Of a DNA stretch of 64,000 nt, positions 36,570 to 52,100 are shown piece after piece. Source of the DNA: Tubiluchus corallicola (taxonomy: Eukaryota; Animalia; Priapulida). The stretch covers positions 187,258 to 251,257 of the forward strand of contig JAQGDQ010000101.1 in assembly GCA_030141605.1 (NCBI GenBank), given 5' to 3'. A program made the translations under genes and the position numbers. Each line of letters opens with the position of its first letter. Position 1 is the first letter of the stretch. The notes under the pieces are model-generated. The model made no database searches, was not told the DNA's origin, and was given only the letters and a program-made list of their open reading frames with translations.

Positions 36570-39500
36570 CAAAAGAATTGTTTGTAAGCAATTTGTGTAA
36601 ATATAAATGCACGAAATTCGTTTGTTAAGAGTTTTTTATTCTTGTTTCTTGCCTTTGCTCTCAATAATTTTTTGGTGATACATGACAGATTGGCGTTATT
36701 ATAAGTGTATTAACTTTTGTCCGTATTTAGTTTCTTACAGCCACTGCTGTAAAATGCAACATGATTACACTGCGGTGTAGTTACAGCTTTCAGCATTCAC
36801 ATTGTGTTACATGAAATTTGTACAAAGACTAAGAGCGATGTAATTAAGCAATTTGATGTGATTACAGACATTTTATTATAGGCATTACTGAATAGCTTCA
36901 CCCTAAAAAATACACATTAGAGAACTCATGTTGAACTGCTCCACCAGCCTTCTAAACTAATTAGAAACTGTGCTGTCTGAGTGTTCCAAAAATTATGCAC
37001 ACAAATTTACTATAGTGATCTAGAAATTAAAATCCAAATGTTTATGATATGGTTTGCATTATTCTCTGCACATTGTCTTGCAGCACATGCTGGCAGCATT
37101 ACACTACTGCACTTGGAATGCAGTGTAACCCAATTTGTATCCCTGTGTTGAAAATATTACAAATTTTAAGTGTGATAAGCCACAGTTAACAAAGTTAATG
37201 GTTTATATAAAATGAGATTATTAAAGGAAAGGATCGGTTACCTAGAATGCTGTGTTTATTTTACTGTTATCGCTTTAACTTAGAAAAATATAACAAAGAA
37301 ATTTGCAACTTGTACTGTACTGTGTTGTATAGAAATTTTCCGGCATGGTCGCGCCGTGGTGGTAGTCGCCTTTCACCTGAAAGTTATATTGTAATTGGTT
37401 ACTTTCATGACTTTTCATAAGTGCATTGTGGCTTTTTGTAAGAACCTGTTGCTTAAACTAATTCAAACTTCTGCGGCTTACTTGATGTTTATGCGCAAGT
37501 ACAAAAAATTAGCCAATTTTTAGAAAAATGTTTTGCACTTTTGATGAAAATTGACATTACGCTACCTTTTCTCAGTAAACGTGTGACATCATTGGTGGAA
37601 AATGGGCGTTCAAAATGGGAGCAGCCCAAGCGGGAAATAATTGTGACTTTATAAAGTGATTTTACATAATGATTAATGAGTGGAGAAGAAAATGGTGAAA
37701 AATCATAAGCTAGTCAAAATTTGAACCAGAGACCTAGTGATCAAGTCCAGACTGGCTCGTATGATATTGTAACAAAATGACATTTGTTTTTAACCCCACC
37801 CCTGTAATAGTTCTGTCCATTATGAAGCCATTGCATACTGGCATCTATAAATACGCTAGGTTGTGATGGTTCTGGTGGTCTAGTAGGTACTTTTTACCAT
37901 CTCAGCACCTGTTCCACTGACATGGAGGACGTGAGAAGAGCAACCTGGCAATTTATAAATAGATTTTGTTATTGACCATATCAGCACCATCAGGTTTCGT
38001 TACAGCATACATTTATACCAAATAGACTAGACAGGTCAGTTTGTACTGAACATTAAAAAATACCAATACCATCATGCCCTATTTTGCTGCTCATTTCCAA
38101 ATTAGTTTTTTTCTGGTAATACTCCCTACTGTAGTGGCAGGCCTAGCTGGGTATCAAATCAGTACATTTTTGTGTACATTCATAATTTACTGCAACCCTC
38201 ATTTCTTGATTATTTTTGTACAAGTACTGAAATTCACAATTATAATATAAGATACAGACTTACCTATCACTAACTACAGTGCAACATTAATGTTAGAAAA
38301 TGAATTATAATTGCCCCTTACATGGAATCCAATTGCTCCATCTATCAAAAATGCCAGCTCACTGTCGATCTGTTTTTGAATTTTCAACAACTTAACATCT
38401 TGGGTAATCAAGTATTGCCTCTTCCATGAATGTTTGCTAAATGTATTAAAACATTTATCATTTGCTTGTACCATACTTCAGTTTATATTGCAATTATGAA
38501 ATATCACTAACATCCATTGTCTCTTTCTAACTATCAGTCATACGTTATTAATAACTATTTTTCACTACTAATTCCGACCTAGTATAAGCTTGCTTCACAG
38601 ATCTGCAGCGCCATATATAATTTCATAATTTGAAAGCTGTATGAATTACAAATTGCATTTACGTGCTTTTGATGTAAAAGTATTATGATTATGTTGCAGA
38701 ATACAAAAAATTAATTGAATAATAAATAACACGGAAAGAACGAATCTCTCATAGTGTGTGGAAAATGCCCAAAACTGACGTTTTAGTAGTATAATTGTGA
38801 CATTTATTAGAGTTGCCTGGGATTTCCCATGAACCTGCATTTTCCATCGTTTAGAGTCATTGTGTAATTACTACAAATAAAGCTGACATGAGAATAAGAC
38901 TTCAGTTATTCAAGAATTCACTGCATTACTATTAATTAAACCATCTAAATAGCAAATAGTTAACTAAATACAGGTTAATTACTTTAGTATTTTTATTCTT
39001 TACATTCATTACGTGTAGTTATGTATAACCGAAAAAGTTTTTCACGTGATTATTCTACATGTAATTCCGTAAGGAAACCTTACAAAACTAGAGTGATACA
39101 CGTATTTACAAATTATATGCTTGCACTGACTTAAATAATCCGTCAGCTCCTGGGACCTTTTACCCCATCAAAGCTAAATTAGCACAGTACCTTTTTACGT
39201 CACATTAATAATATAACTTTTTTTCAGTAAAACACTACAGTATTATTATTTACATTTTGGATCTTACAAATTAAAATGGCTACATCACAGAAGTACAGCT
39301 GATCACTAGTTCTAATTGGGAATTTAAAATACATGTATACAAATTGATTTTAACATTACAATGGAGAAGTTATCGCCATTCGTTGGGTGGGAGGGGGAAT
39401 AGGTAAAAGTTGGTTTATATTGTTTTAAGTACACCCCCGTTTGTTCTTTTTCTGTAGCTATTTCCTGTTGACTTTTCTGCAGGTGGAAAACACATCTGCA

Positions 39501-40109
39501 TGCTACATAATGCCACTTAATACTGACTCACCATTAGTACTATATAAATTTACAAGACTAGAAATTTCAGTGTCTTTCATATACTTGCGATGAACTGATA
39601 TTGTATATCTAACAATTGTATCCACTAGCACTGAAACTACAGCATTTGGTACTTGGTCACCTATGTATAATTGGTGAAAAAAACAGATTGTAACTGGAAT
39701 AGTCCAATACAAAAACAGTCGAACACAGAGAAACTGCTTCAATTGTATCACACCTCCCAATCTTACATATAAACGGTAAAGCTACATATCAATTTATTTC
39801 CTATTTACAATCTTATTTAGAGATATTTTTCAACACATTACAGTAAAGACAGCAAACACGTATTTACAACTGGCAACAATTTTACTACCAGCTTGGGAGA
39901 CTTGCTCCATCAATAAACTGGACACAAATCTAAGGTATTACTAACTAGTATGCTACCATTTCAAAAGGGTATTACATGAACAAAAATACATGTCACATAC
40001 ATAATGTCTTGTTTTCAGCTAAGCAATGCACTTTTGACCTTCAAGTTATACCAGCTACATCAAAGAAATATGTACATCTTTAACATTTCATACAGTTAAA
40101 GAAAAACAT

Positions 40110-43100
40110 TTAGTTGTCGTCGCCATCAACTAATAGAGGTAATGAATCGGTTTTGGAGACACAGGAATCATCATCAAGAACATTTAAATCTTGGTCTAGA
40201 TTAGCAGCTAACGTGATTGGAGAATCTTCGTGAACTTGTTCAATAGGAACCTGTTCCCGAAATCCTAATGATAAATTATTACGACTAGCATACTCCGAGT
40301 TGTCTACATCTGGGAGTGGACTATGAGCCCGAGAAGTTTGTCCCGTAGTGGACGGAGAACTTATCAGCAATACGCGTTCTGCAATATCATCCACGCTAGC
40401 AGCATCATTACCGTAATTGCTATCAGTAACGTCACGGTCAATGCTTCTAAATTCACACTCCCCCAACTGCACGTTACTCGTGACAGCATCGGGGAGTGAC
40501 GAAGATAGACTGTCGTCTAATGCACGTGCTAGAGGTACTTCTGCACTCGAGTTACTGGAATTACTGTACAAACCACTTTTGTCAATGGTGGCAGTCACTG
40601 GGACATTGTACTGTGTAGTACTGTCAATGACTGCATCTTGAAATCCACTTGTACTATTCGACTCTTCAATCACAGCACCCTGAGACAAACTATCATCGTT
40701 GGTGTAATCAGTTGTCCGCAGTGGGTATGGCATCGATTGAGGAGAGGCGAATTCGTGCTCGCCATCTGCATCACAATATTCAACAGTACTATCAACTGGT
40801 GGTGATGAATCATCTGCTGCGTACGAACTTAAAATGTTTTCGCCATTTTCACTCTTATGCTGCACATTTGCTTCACTGTCAGCATTATAGTTACCACCAA
40901 GTGCACATTCTTCGCTGTCATTAACATCGTCTGCACTGATTTCCTGTTGAGCAACACCAATCGAAACTTGTTCCAAATGCTCATACTGATATTCCCTGCT
41001 GGATTTTGAAATATTGACGTAATCATGTTTCACACCGTCTATAGACGTCGATGTTATCATACTTAAGCCTACATCCATACCACTGCTAGATGGCACTGCT
41101 GGCTCTTCTATTTCTCCAGTGGACTGTTCAACATTAACAAAAGCAACAGGCGAGACAGTGTCCTGGTCATATGGGCATTCACCTTCTGGTGTTACTGGAC
41201 CTTTCCTAAAATATATTGGTTCTGTCGGTAGTTCTGTTTCCATTTCAGCATCGGACATGATTTCACCTTCTTCTGGGTCAGATTTTGCTTCACCGTTGTC
41301 GTCAGTAGTTTCTACAACAGCCGGAATTGCTTGAGATTTTCTAGGCCACTCACTTATAATAACTTTCGGCTCAGTGTTAGCACATGGTGTCAACTCTGCC
41401 TGTGGAAACCTTTTGTTGGAGCCAAAAGAACGCGTTAGAGACGAATCCCATTCCATAGTTTTTAAGATCCCTTCCAAATGTTCTCTTTGTTTTATAGGTG
41501 ATTCAACAGCTGCCTCCAATTTACTGTCTACAATATCATGAGAATAAGGATGAGTAACATCAACACGTTCCATGCCGTAATGGGGCAAAGTTTCATCCAT
41601 TGTAACCGTATGATGCATTACTTTAGCAGATCGCCATCTTTCTTCACACACATCATGTTCTTGATGAGCAATTACCGAAGCTTTAAAATTACTACTGCCT
41701 GTGTGCTGACTATGATGAGAAATGTCACTACCTCTAGACCCCGATCTTGTATCACGGATCCCATGACTGTGGTCCTCACGATGTTTCTTCATATTATAGT
41801 CTGAACTTTCTTTGGATGGCGAGGTATCATGATCATGTTTTCCATAACGCCTCCTCTTTACATCAAGTTCAGGCTGTTCTAACCACATAGCCTCAGAATT
41901 ACGACGTTTTTTCCTAGTTTCTTCAGAATTACGACGTTTTTTCCTAGTTTCTTCGCTTCCAACAAACTCATCGGTGCTATCGCTGAGTAGCTGATAATCA
42001 CTTCCACTATGGAAACTGCCTTTCTTACTGTAATTACTTTGTTCGGATTTATCCCAACTGCTCCGGCGTGAAGCACGTTCACCCGTTTTACATGAACCAT
42101 TCATTTCAGTATCCTGATACCGACTTCTAGTTGAGCCAAAAGCAAATGGCAAACCAGAATCATCATCTTTAATTACTTTTGAAGATGCAAATCCAAGAGG
42201 CAAACCCATATCTTCCATACTCAGGTGAGCATATGATTTTGGTTCTTTGGGTCCCTTTTCTACAGTAAAAGGTCTCTTCCTTTGTTTTTCAGCTGACAGC
42301 AATGGTTTAACAGTTAAATTTACGCCAACAGTTAGAGCGAAATCTTGTAGGTCATCGGCTGTATTTTCATCAGTTTCTTGACTTGATGATGCTTTTTTCA
42401 CCTCTTCACTACCTGCCGATTTGCTTTTGTCAATCTGGAAAGAATGTCTGCTTCCGCTACTCTGGTTAATATTTTTGCTTTTTTGAGCTCTGACAGAAAT
42501 GCCACCCTGGATTTGCTGTAAAAATGCTGCAATACCAAAACTACCACCTTTCGATAAATTACTTCTCGAAATATCTTCTGTTTCTTCATCACGCTCATTA
42601 TTATCTGAAGTTTCCTGCTGCACTGCTCCATCTGTATTGCCTCCACTTGTAATACCAGCAGCTAGATTGTGTTTCAAACCATTGCCAGAATTAGTTTTTT
42701 TTAGTGTTACATCCACAGGAGCAGCTGTAATAAAACCATCATCATTTGCATTAAATGCAAATGGTTTATTTTTTTGTTCAGTAATGTGGTTCGTTTTCGA
42801 AACAAAACCATTCTGCAAAGTTTCAACACACTGCCCTTCAGATAATAAACTAACATCACAGTTCATTATGGTTGGAAATTTATAATATACTTCCTCTGTA
42901 CCTGGAGGAGGCGGTTCTTCGCCACCTTCTTCTTCAGACAGTGGCTCCTCTAGCATTTCACTTAGGCTTGCATTTCTAACTGAATCATTCCAATGCATCC
43001 ACATGGTGTCCACTTCAGCATGATCAGACGAACTTACAGTGGCAGCGATACTTGCAGTTTTGTCAGATTCTGAGTCAGGCAAGTTATCAAACAAAGCTTT

Positions 43101-46100
43101 CTCACCTTCATAATATGAATCACAGTGTTCAGTGGCAGTTACTCCAGGAGGTAGAGGTTCCTTTCTTTGTGAACCCGTTACTCTAGGAGCCCCGAGCTCC
43201 TCTCTCCGTTCAGCATGTTCCACTTGAAAAGACAAGTCAGGGCCACCCTGCATGCCAATGTTCATAAACTGTGGAGAGCCCATGCTTTCCGAAAGCTCCG
43301 CAGGAGCAGGAGGACCGCCCTTCATGTCAACGCCCATAAATTGATGAGAAACCACACTTTCAGAATGGCCTGTAAGAGTTAACCGAGTGCCACCATTCAT
43401 GTTAGAGTTCACAAATTGCTGAGGCGGCAAGTTTTCAGGACACGCTGTAGGTGATGTTGTTTTTGCTGGAATACAGTTTGAGTCTTTAGAGCCAGAGCGA
43501 ACAGCTCCTTTAGCTTTCCATTGTGGAGAACCAAAAGAATTTTGGAAATCATAATTCTCATCTCCCTTTTTCCACTTAGTAGAGGAAAATGACATCGGAA
43601 GTGCATGTGGATCATCTGCTTTGTCAAGTTTATTGAGATTTGATGCAGGACTGTTTTCCATCCCAAACAATTTCTCTTCTGTACTGAAATTCCTGGTAGC
43701 ATTTTGGTTCTTATTCTGTATTCTTTCCATTCTAGAATTGGCACCCAATGGTAAAATATTCGGATTATTTTTGTCTACTTTTCTATTGTATTTACCACCT
43801 CGCAATGAAATCGGCAGAACACCATTATTTTCTTGCTGGTGCTCAACACTTGGTAGATCTCTTTGCCACTTTGACGAAGCAGTAGACGAAGGAGTTGTAC
43901 CATCATATCTCCTCCACTTTTTAGATTCAAATGACATAGGCAGTGTATGAGGATCAGCCACTTCATTATTCCATTTGGTTGATCCAAAAGCAAATGGTAA
44001 CTCATGACAGCCATCTTCGGCTTTCGTCCTTTCTTCGAAATCACCTTCAAGCATTCCTTCACTTTTCCATCTAGACTTCCGTGCATGCGGTTTATTAAAC
44101 GATTCTACAGAATTTCTTCTACGATCCCATTTATTTGAATTGCCACTAAATGAACGATCTTGCTGGACATTTTCTGACTGTCTCCAGCCTTTGTTTTCAC
44201 TCCATCTATTCTGCTGTGGTCCCCACCTGCTTGCTCTTTGGCCACCCCTGTTAGCCCTTCCACTTTTATCATCAGTGTTCCAGCGACCTGGTTGCCGATT
44301 ATCACGTTGCCCTCTATTGCTATGGTCCATGAACTGATTTTGTAAAAAAGCTGACCGTTGCAATGGGTCCAAGTAGGACTGATGGTCGGATGCTAAATCT
44401 CTCTGCATAGGAGCCACCTGATCACTGCCCGGAATAAGTTTTCGCGGAGCAATAGGAACATGACTATGTGGGACCAATTCGGGTGGTCGATTTAGATCCA
44501 ACTGGTTACTCGGTGGTGTGGAGGGTATTGGTAAAATTCCTGAGGCATTCCTCAAAACCGGTAATCTGTGTTCACCCAATAGTGGGGCTTGGCCTGTGTC
44601 AACTGCCATTAATGGTGTAGGAGCTGAACTATTGGATAGAAGCGGAGGAGGTGGAGCCATTGGTGGGCCAAGCGCAGATAATCCAGCTAACCCGACATGA
44701 CCCATCTGCGTCAGTTGTTGACTAATAGCTTGAAGTCCCTGAACGGCAAGTGCCTCTGTAGTGACAGGCATGTCTGAAACTAATCCCAAGTCGGACTGTT
44801 GCTTTGCCCAACTGGCCAAGACTTCAGTCAAGGTTCTTTGAGCAGATTGCGGAGCATTACCATCGTTGCTTGATACAAAGGCAGGTGAGTGTGGTACATT
44901 CATCACTGGTTGCATTGTTTGCAGCACACCTACAAAAGTTGACTCCAATTAAAAGTAATAAGCAAAATAGAAAATTCATTAAAAAAGGGCTTCGTTTATC
45001 AAATCAACACAAACACAAAAAAATACAATGCCCTCTCCTGCTGTTACCTACTTACTTTATGCAAGAAATTGCCAAGACAAAGGCAAGGCATGAATTCTAC
45101 TACACGGATGCAATTTAATATTCACACTCACAAGTGAAAAGAAAGCTTCCTTAAAAACTAATTTACTTTTCTTACAAAATGTGGAAGAAATGACATAAAC
45201 CATATGAGGGGTATTGGGAAATGATTTCCTCCCCTATACTGAATAAACTAAAAAGAACAAAAAAAACTGAAAAAAAACATGAGAAAGAGTATTTAATTTT
45301 GATTAAATATCTAGTAGCACCATTGTTTGCAGCTCTGATGGCTTTAAGTAGACAAATCTGCAATTCCTGGATAATGGTTTATCAAAGGAATGGTCGTAAC
45401 TCATTTCTTTCAAAATCTTCATTGGTAATTTATTTCCGACTGTAAGAAGTGGACAGAAATCCAAAAAAACACATTAGATAAGAAATATTACGATGAAAAC
45501 TAAGTTTATATCTACTTGTAATAAATTTTAGGTACAGAGGGCTATTCCTGACTTCCTGTATGTGTTAGTATGCCTTATTAAGTAATTAACAGAAGAAAAA
45601 TACTCACCAGGCAAACCTTGTTGCAATAATGACATGTTAACAGGAGGTAATGTATTGCCAACAGCTTGCTCTTGTTGCAGAGTGGTCTTAGCTTTCTTTA
45701 ACTGTTTCTCATAAGTTTCTAAAACACAAAAACACAGATGAAAACATTTTCTGCAATAAGCCACATATAATGCTTTGTGCATAACGCACAATGTAGCATT
45801 CATTACATTGAAATTATCACAAGACAAAAGTTAGCAGAATGAAGTAATAACAATGCACAGTGACTGGTAAAATGACATACTTTTCAACTCATCTGTTAAC
45901 GTTTGCTTTTCAATCCAACCACCCTCTGCTAGCGCAACCATGTTTTTGGGCATTTTCTTGTATGGTATATGGAATACACCCAGATCAACATCCCAAAATT
46001 CACGATATCTCGGCTCTTTTGCACCTTTTCCTGGTGCCCAGTCCATCTATCAAAACATAGGCACAAAATATAATTGAAATTAATGTGAAACATTACAGAA

Positions 46101-49100
46101 CTACCTAGATGCTTGTATTACTTTTCAAATAAATTTAATATTTGTGAAGAAATGAATAGTTGAGGAATTTATTTATTTTTATAATACCTTTTCAGTGACA
46201 CAACTACCACACAATCTGATAAATAACTTCAGTTTAATGGTTCTTATGGTAAAAACTTTATATTATCCAGAGCCGGATTATCCTATAAGCTAGTCGAGCC
46301 TTGGTAACATTCGGTAAAAATCTGTTTTTCACTTCGGCTGTGTTGAAATATGTGCTAATTTAGTTTGCAAGATCATAATCTTTATACATAATTATATATT
46401 GCTGCACTTGTGAATAGTGAATGATTAATTAATGCTTAATAATTAATATTGTTTATGATATTAAACATCTAAAGAAGTCAGACTTTGTAGCAGAAAATCA
46501 TTTATTAACATTGAACATTTTGGTTATCCCAGATTACAGCTACATACATATAGGAGATCTTTTTCTAACTGTGTCATATTTAGATTATATGTTACAAATT
46601 TTCAAAATTTAAAAAATTGAAAAATAATGTTTTAGTTGAACTTCAACATTGTTTAGTCACACAGTTTGAAAAATATCTTAAGATTTATAAACGAAAAACA
46701 ATGGTAACAGCATTTATTAACATTGAACATTTTGGTTATCCCAGATTACAGCTACATACATATAGGAGATCTTTTTCTAACTGTGAAATATTTAGATTAT
46801 ATGTTACAAATTTTCAAAATTTAAAAAATTGAAATATAATGTTTTAATTGAACTTCAACATTGTTTAGTCACACAGTTTGAAAAATATCTTAAGATTTAT
46901 AAACGAAAAACAATGGTTACAGGGGAAACCGAAGCATTTAATTTATAAAAAACTCTAATAACATTAACATTATCTGTTATTATCCATTAAAGCAACTCTT
47001 CCGTAACATCAGTCTTATAAAATATAATATTTTATGATTTAGCATATCACAAGTAATTATCACACACCTTCAGAATGACTCCTTGCAGCCGAGCATTTCT
47101 TAATGACTTCAAGGCCAAATGAGCTTCCTCCCTCTCCTTCATAACTAAAAATGCACAACCTTTGGAATGAATCATCTGAAAAACAAAATGACAGCAACTA
47201 CTTAGAATTCCAACATGTGCTGGTATGTGTGTTTGCTTATTGAACCACCATTAAATACATTACATACTTACAAACAAACAAACAAGACAGATTTAATCTA
47301 CAGTGAAAACGTTTACTAGAGGGAAAACTTGCTTACAAAGGAATATTGTGGCTTTGCTATACAGAATAAGTAACAGTTAATTCATACAAATATTAAAAAT
47401 AGTTATCACAATCACAACAATGTTACATTAAGTAGTATTAATAATTTTTTACACAACTGTATTTAGATTTTATATAGACAATCGATTCCGAGTCTAAAGG
47501 TTGATTCCAGAAAAGCTATAATGATCTTGCATAATTCAATATCTTGTCTACTCAAGACAAATTTATCATTGTCATTTGGTACTGCAGAAAACTCAGGGAA
47601 CAGATTTTCAATATTATTAAAAAAGTGTCAACCTATCATCCTGATAATGTGGACACGTAATGACTAAGTGCGATATGGTTAAGGCACAATAAATACAAAT
47701 TTGTTCACGCACAGGGATTTTGTAAGGTTTGTGGTACCAGCCAGACTCAATGGGCAAATTATGAGCCACGTATCCTAAATTTGGTATAGTTTATTATAGC
47801 AAAAATTTTCAAAGCAAAAATATCATTAATAGTAATCGTAATCATAATCGCAGTATCGTAATCGATGCAGGATCGTAATCATGAACTTCTGACTGGTATA
47901 GGACCCCAGCCTGCCCAAGGGATAGCCTCAGGACATAAATGTCTTATGGTATGTTAGTATCAAACTATTGCTTAATCTACTGAAGAAAACAGAACAGTAA
48001 AAAGCACAATAAACTTACATGAATTGATTCCACCTCTCCATAATCATCAAACAACTTCAACAATTCCAAGTCGCCCATTGTTGGTCTCAGTGATCCAATC
48101 CAAATTGTTCTGCTACAAACTATGTAAAATGAAATGACACATCAACTGACTGCACACCAATTTCTAACTACAATACTGTTATTGAACATGATGTTTATGA
48201 TGTATAAAATTTACTAATTCCTCGGCTCTTACATATTAGGATGATACATCCTTGTTACGTTTTTGCGTTTCTGCAAATATGAAGATACAACATTGTGTAC
48301 TTTTACATTAACAACAATAATTTTGGTAATACTAGAATAAATAAGTTATATGACTGTTACTGACCACCCTCCTTTACGCATAGCATGCCTGTGTTTTACG
48401 ATATTCCTGCAATTTTTTTTATATTTTGGTCACTATAGTATGTTACATCAGTACTTAAAACCTTTCTATTGACATTAACATGTATAAAGCATAAATTTCG
48501 TTCGTAATAGCCTAAACAAGTTAAAAAGTTGATTAGTTTTCTAAAACTATTGCAATTTGCTGCAAAAACTAATCAATTACCTATTTACCCTGCCTCAAGC
48601 TATGTTGGCTTCCTCTGCTGTATAGAAGTGATAGATGAATCATTAACAGGTAGAAAATACAAGCTGCAGCAATATACACTGTCTCTAGCAAGCAGCTAGA
48701 TAGCTTCAGTAGGATCCCAAGCACTAGGTATGTATAAGTGAAGGAGATAGCACCGCATTTATCTGGCAAGCACCGGGAATATGTTGCACAGCTAGCTACG
48801 ACATATCCAGCAACTTAATGCTGCTTCGTTAGCAGACATTTTCCACAGGACAGATGTTAAGTTGTCTCTTCAGTATGTCTCTGAATGTCTGAAGATGTAT
48901 AGTTAAATCTGCTAAGGTATGCCTATGAATACAGCGTTATGTTTAATAGCCTGTGTTTAAGATTATATTTGCAAAATACGTAATTAATTTTTGTTTTGAG
49001 TTAAATATAATATTATGCAAAATGAGTATTATTAATAGAACAATTCCCACTTAGCGCTGAAAAGAATTTTTTGATATTTTGTTGCAACATCAAGGGTGTT

Positions 49101-52100
49101 TGTGATAAACAGGCTGCACGCTATTGTAAATATACCTGTTTTCTGTTTTGTTAAGTGTTCACTGGATTAAAAACGTTTTTAGTATGATACTGTTCGGCTT
49201 GCATTATATATATATATATATTAGTTTTTAGTCAATAACAATAAGTTTTAGTCAATAAGTGATCAATTATGCATCAGGAGTAAGGTGGTTAAATCTACCT
49301 GTTACACAGCCGTCCTTTGGTGGAGGAAATCCTTTTCTTGCTCTTACCCTTTCCCAACTCTCTCTGCTTCTGTATTTCTTCAAAGATGACTGTGAGCTAA
49401 ATATATAATACGATGTTGTCTCATTTCTATAGCACAAAAACTATGGTAACATATCAACAACATAATAAAGGACATGAATTGGGTACAAAGAAAACCAGAA
49501 ATTTTGTACAACAATCATAAAATGAATCAGAATTGATTGGAAAATTTGCCAAAAGAAAGGATAAAAGATTGCATCGAAGCTTGCAGCTAACAAAGGATTC
49601 ATGTTTAAGAGTTTAAAAAGACCATAAACATAGGAGTTGTGAAACTAGATAAATGACAGGAATAAGAGAATTATCGAACAATTATAACTTTATAATGGCA
49701 AACAACCCATACATAACATTCACATATGTATAATAAGCAAAGTAAAAGCGCTTGCAAAAAAGTAAGGAGAAACTGGCAAGATTTCTGAGACTTTTATACT
49801 CCAACGACTAAGCATTTTTTGTAAAATTTTTGCAATTTTCATAATGATAGTTAGAAATAAAACTTTTCACCACTAAAGTTGCAGATATTTTTTACTTTAA
49901 ATTTTCATTCAAAATTTTTATCTGCAATTGGCAGATTACTGTTGTGATTTTATTTTAACTATAATGATGACACTTGGTGTGACAAACAAGCGTTTATATT
50001 CAAAAGGTACAACCAGCTAACTAAGTAAATTCTTTCTTGAATACACCAATTTTTATACTGTAGTTTTAGAATCACCTGTCACTTTCTGGCGACTTGTGCT
50101 CATCTGCTGGTTCGTCAGTTTCAGACTGCAGCAACGCATTGGAAATATCTTGAATCTGTTTCAGAAGATCAGGATTTGCCAGCACATCACTGCAATCAAA
50201 CATATCAGCATAAGATGCTGCTTGGAAAATAAAACAAAAGCTGTATGCAGCTGAAAACTAACACTCAATGTTGCACAACTTGCACATATTCATACTACGG
50301 GTGATTTCTGTACAACTTAGAGCTTAGAAAGCTTATGCTGCTTGGGAATGTTTACAAAGCATGAAAAGTCTACTACTTATGCTGAAGAAGCAACTTTACA
50401 GCCTATTGACTGTAAACAGCATGTACCTATTTGTGAGCTACAGCTAAAGAAAAAAACAGCCATTTCTTTTTGGTAGAAAAAAACTTATATTTACTATGAA
50501 TGAAACTGTTTTTAAGGTCAGCCAACTGCTGCCTTAGCTAACAAATTGATTTTTGGTAATCTCTGTTTACCTAGTAAAAGAAACAAAAAAGTGATCATTT
50601 GCCCTAGCCATTATAAATCTCAGTATAGAATTGTCCTCAGATTAGAAACTCTAAAAACGCATACTAGCTGATTTAACTGTGAAAAGAAAGTTTTGGCTAA
50701 GACCTTAACTTCTTTTGCATCGATTTAGTGAACACATTTGGCACATCTGGCAAATTCCAGTAGATTTTACATTTTGCAAAAAAGAAAAAAGATGGCAAGC
50801 AGCACTAACATTACCCACATAAAAATGTAAACAACACAGTGCTAATAGGAGGACAGACATATGTCATACATGTACGTTTAGTTTTCAATAAAAATTGTTT
50901 TCATAACATGACACACTTACCATATATATTAGTTTATAACATTACTAAAATTTATAAATTCAGTTGTATAAATTTCATTACTTCAACAGTTAAGCTTAAA
51001 AATGCGCTGATAACTTGTCTTAAACTTGACAATTTTTATGCTGTAACTGTTTTTAAATTTAAATGGGTGCAGATTGTCACATAGTTCAAATAGTATCTTA
51101 AGCAAACCACTTAAATATATCGTACAGATTGCCATACTTTAATAGTGAATCTTAATCATAACAGTGCTCAGTGGATAGATCTTACCTTCCACTACTTTGA
51201 TCCAAAGTCTGAAAAAAAAATGAAAAAAAAACTTCTTACAAATATGAAATAAAGTACAATTTAATTAGTCTCTTAACTTTCATTTATAAAAATTACGAAG
51301 TATTACAAAAAAGGCAAAAAATATTAATAAAATAAAATAATTCGTACTAAAATCTGATGTGAAAACATAGCTTAGAAAGACTTCAAACTTTTGCATAACT
51401 TAAACAATTGATTTGGTCTAGGAAATTAAAACAGTTTAAACTACGAAGACGAACACTGATGCCCATGACGATTAAATTAATAAAAATTTAAATTTTAGCT
51501 AAACTTCATAACTGCAACATTTACTAAATTCAAATTTACTTACAAATAAAGAATGCAGTTTGCTTAATTCAAAATAATTGCAGAATGTAAATTAAAAATA
51601 AAAGAAGTAATTACATCACTGATATTAAACACAGAAGCAAAAAAATTAATTTAGCAAAAAATAGTTTTAGAACGGCAGGTCCGCAAAAATAAATATTCGC
51701 AAAAATTGTCTTTTGTTTTCCACTGAGCACTGAAGCACAAGATTCAACTATGAAGTATGGCAAAATATCTAGAAGCCACCATTAAATAAAGCACATAATA
51801 AAACGTGCAGCGTATGACGCAATTCCTTGCAACACAAGACTCCCGGATGGCTATAAATCAACACAACTAGTGTGAAAACTACAAGGCATTTTTTCCAGGG
51901 TTGTGTGCAAAATACTTACCAAGTAAGCATAAATGCAATAATGCTTATTTGACATAATGAAGAAGCCGGAAGTGCACATTTGGCACTGGACTTTTTGGCC
52001 AGGAAACAGAAACTTTTGACACAACAGAGTCTTCAAAAATGTCTGTTTGGCATTCGGACATAGAGAAGTGCCTGTACGGCACGAAGTCTGAATGACCATA

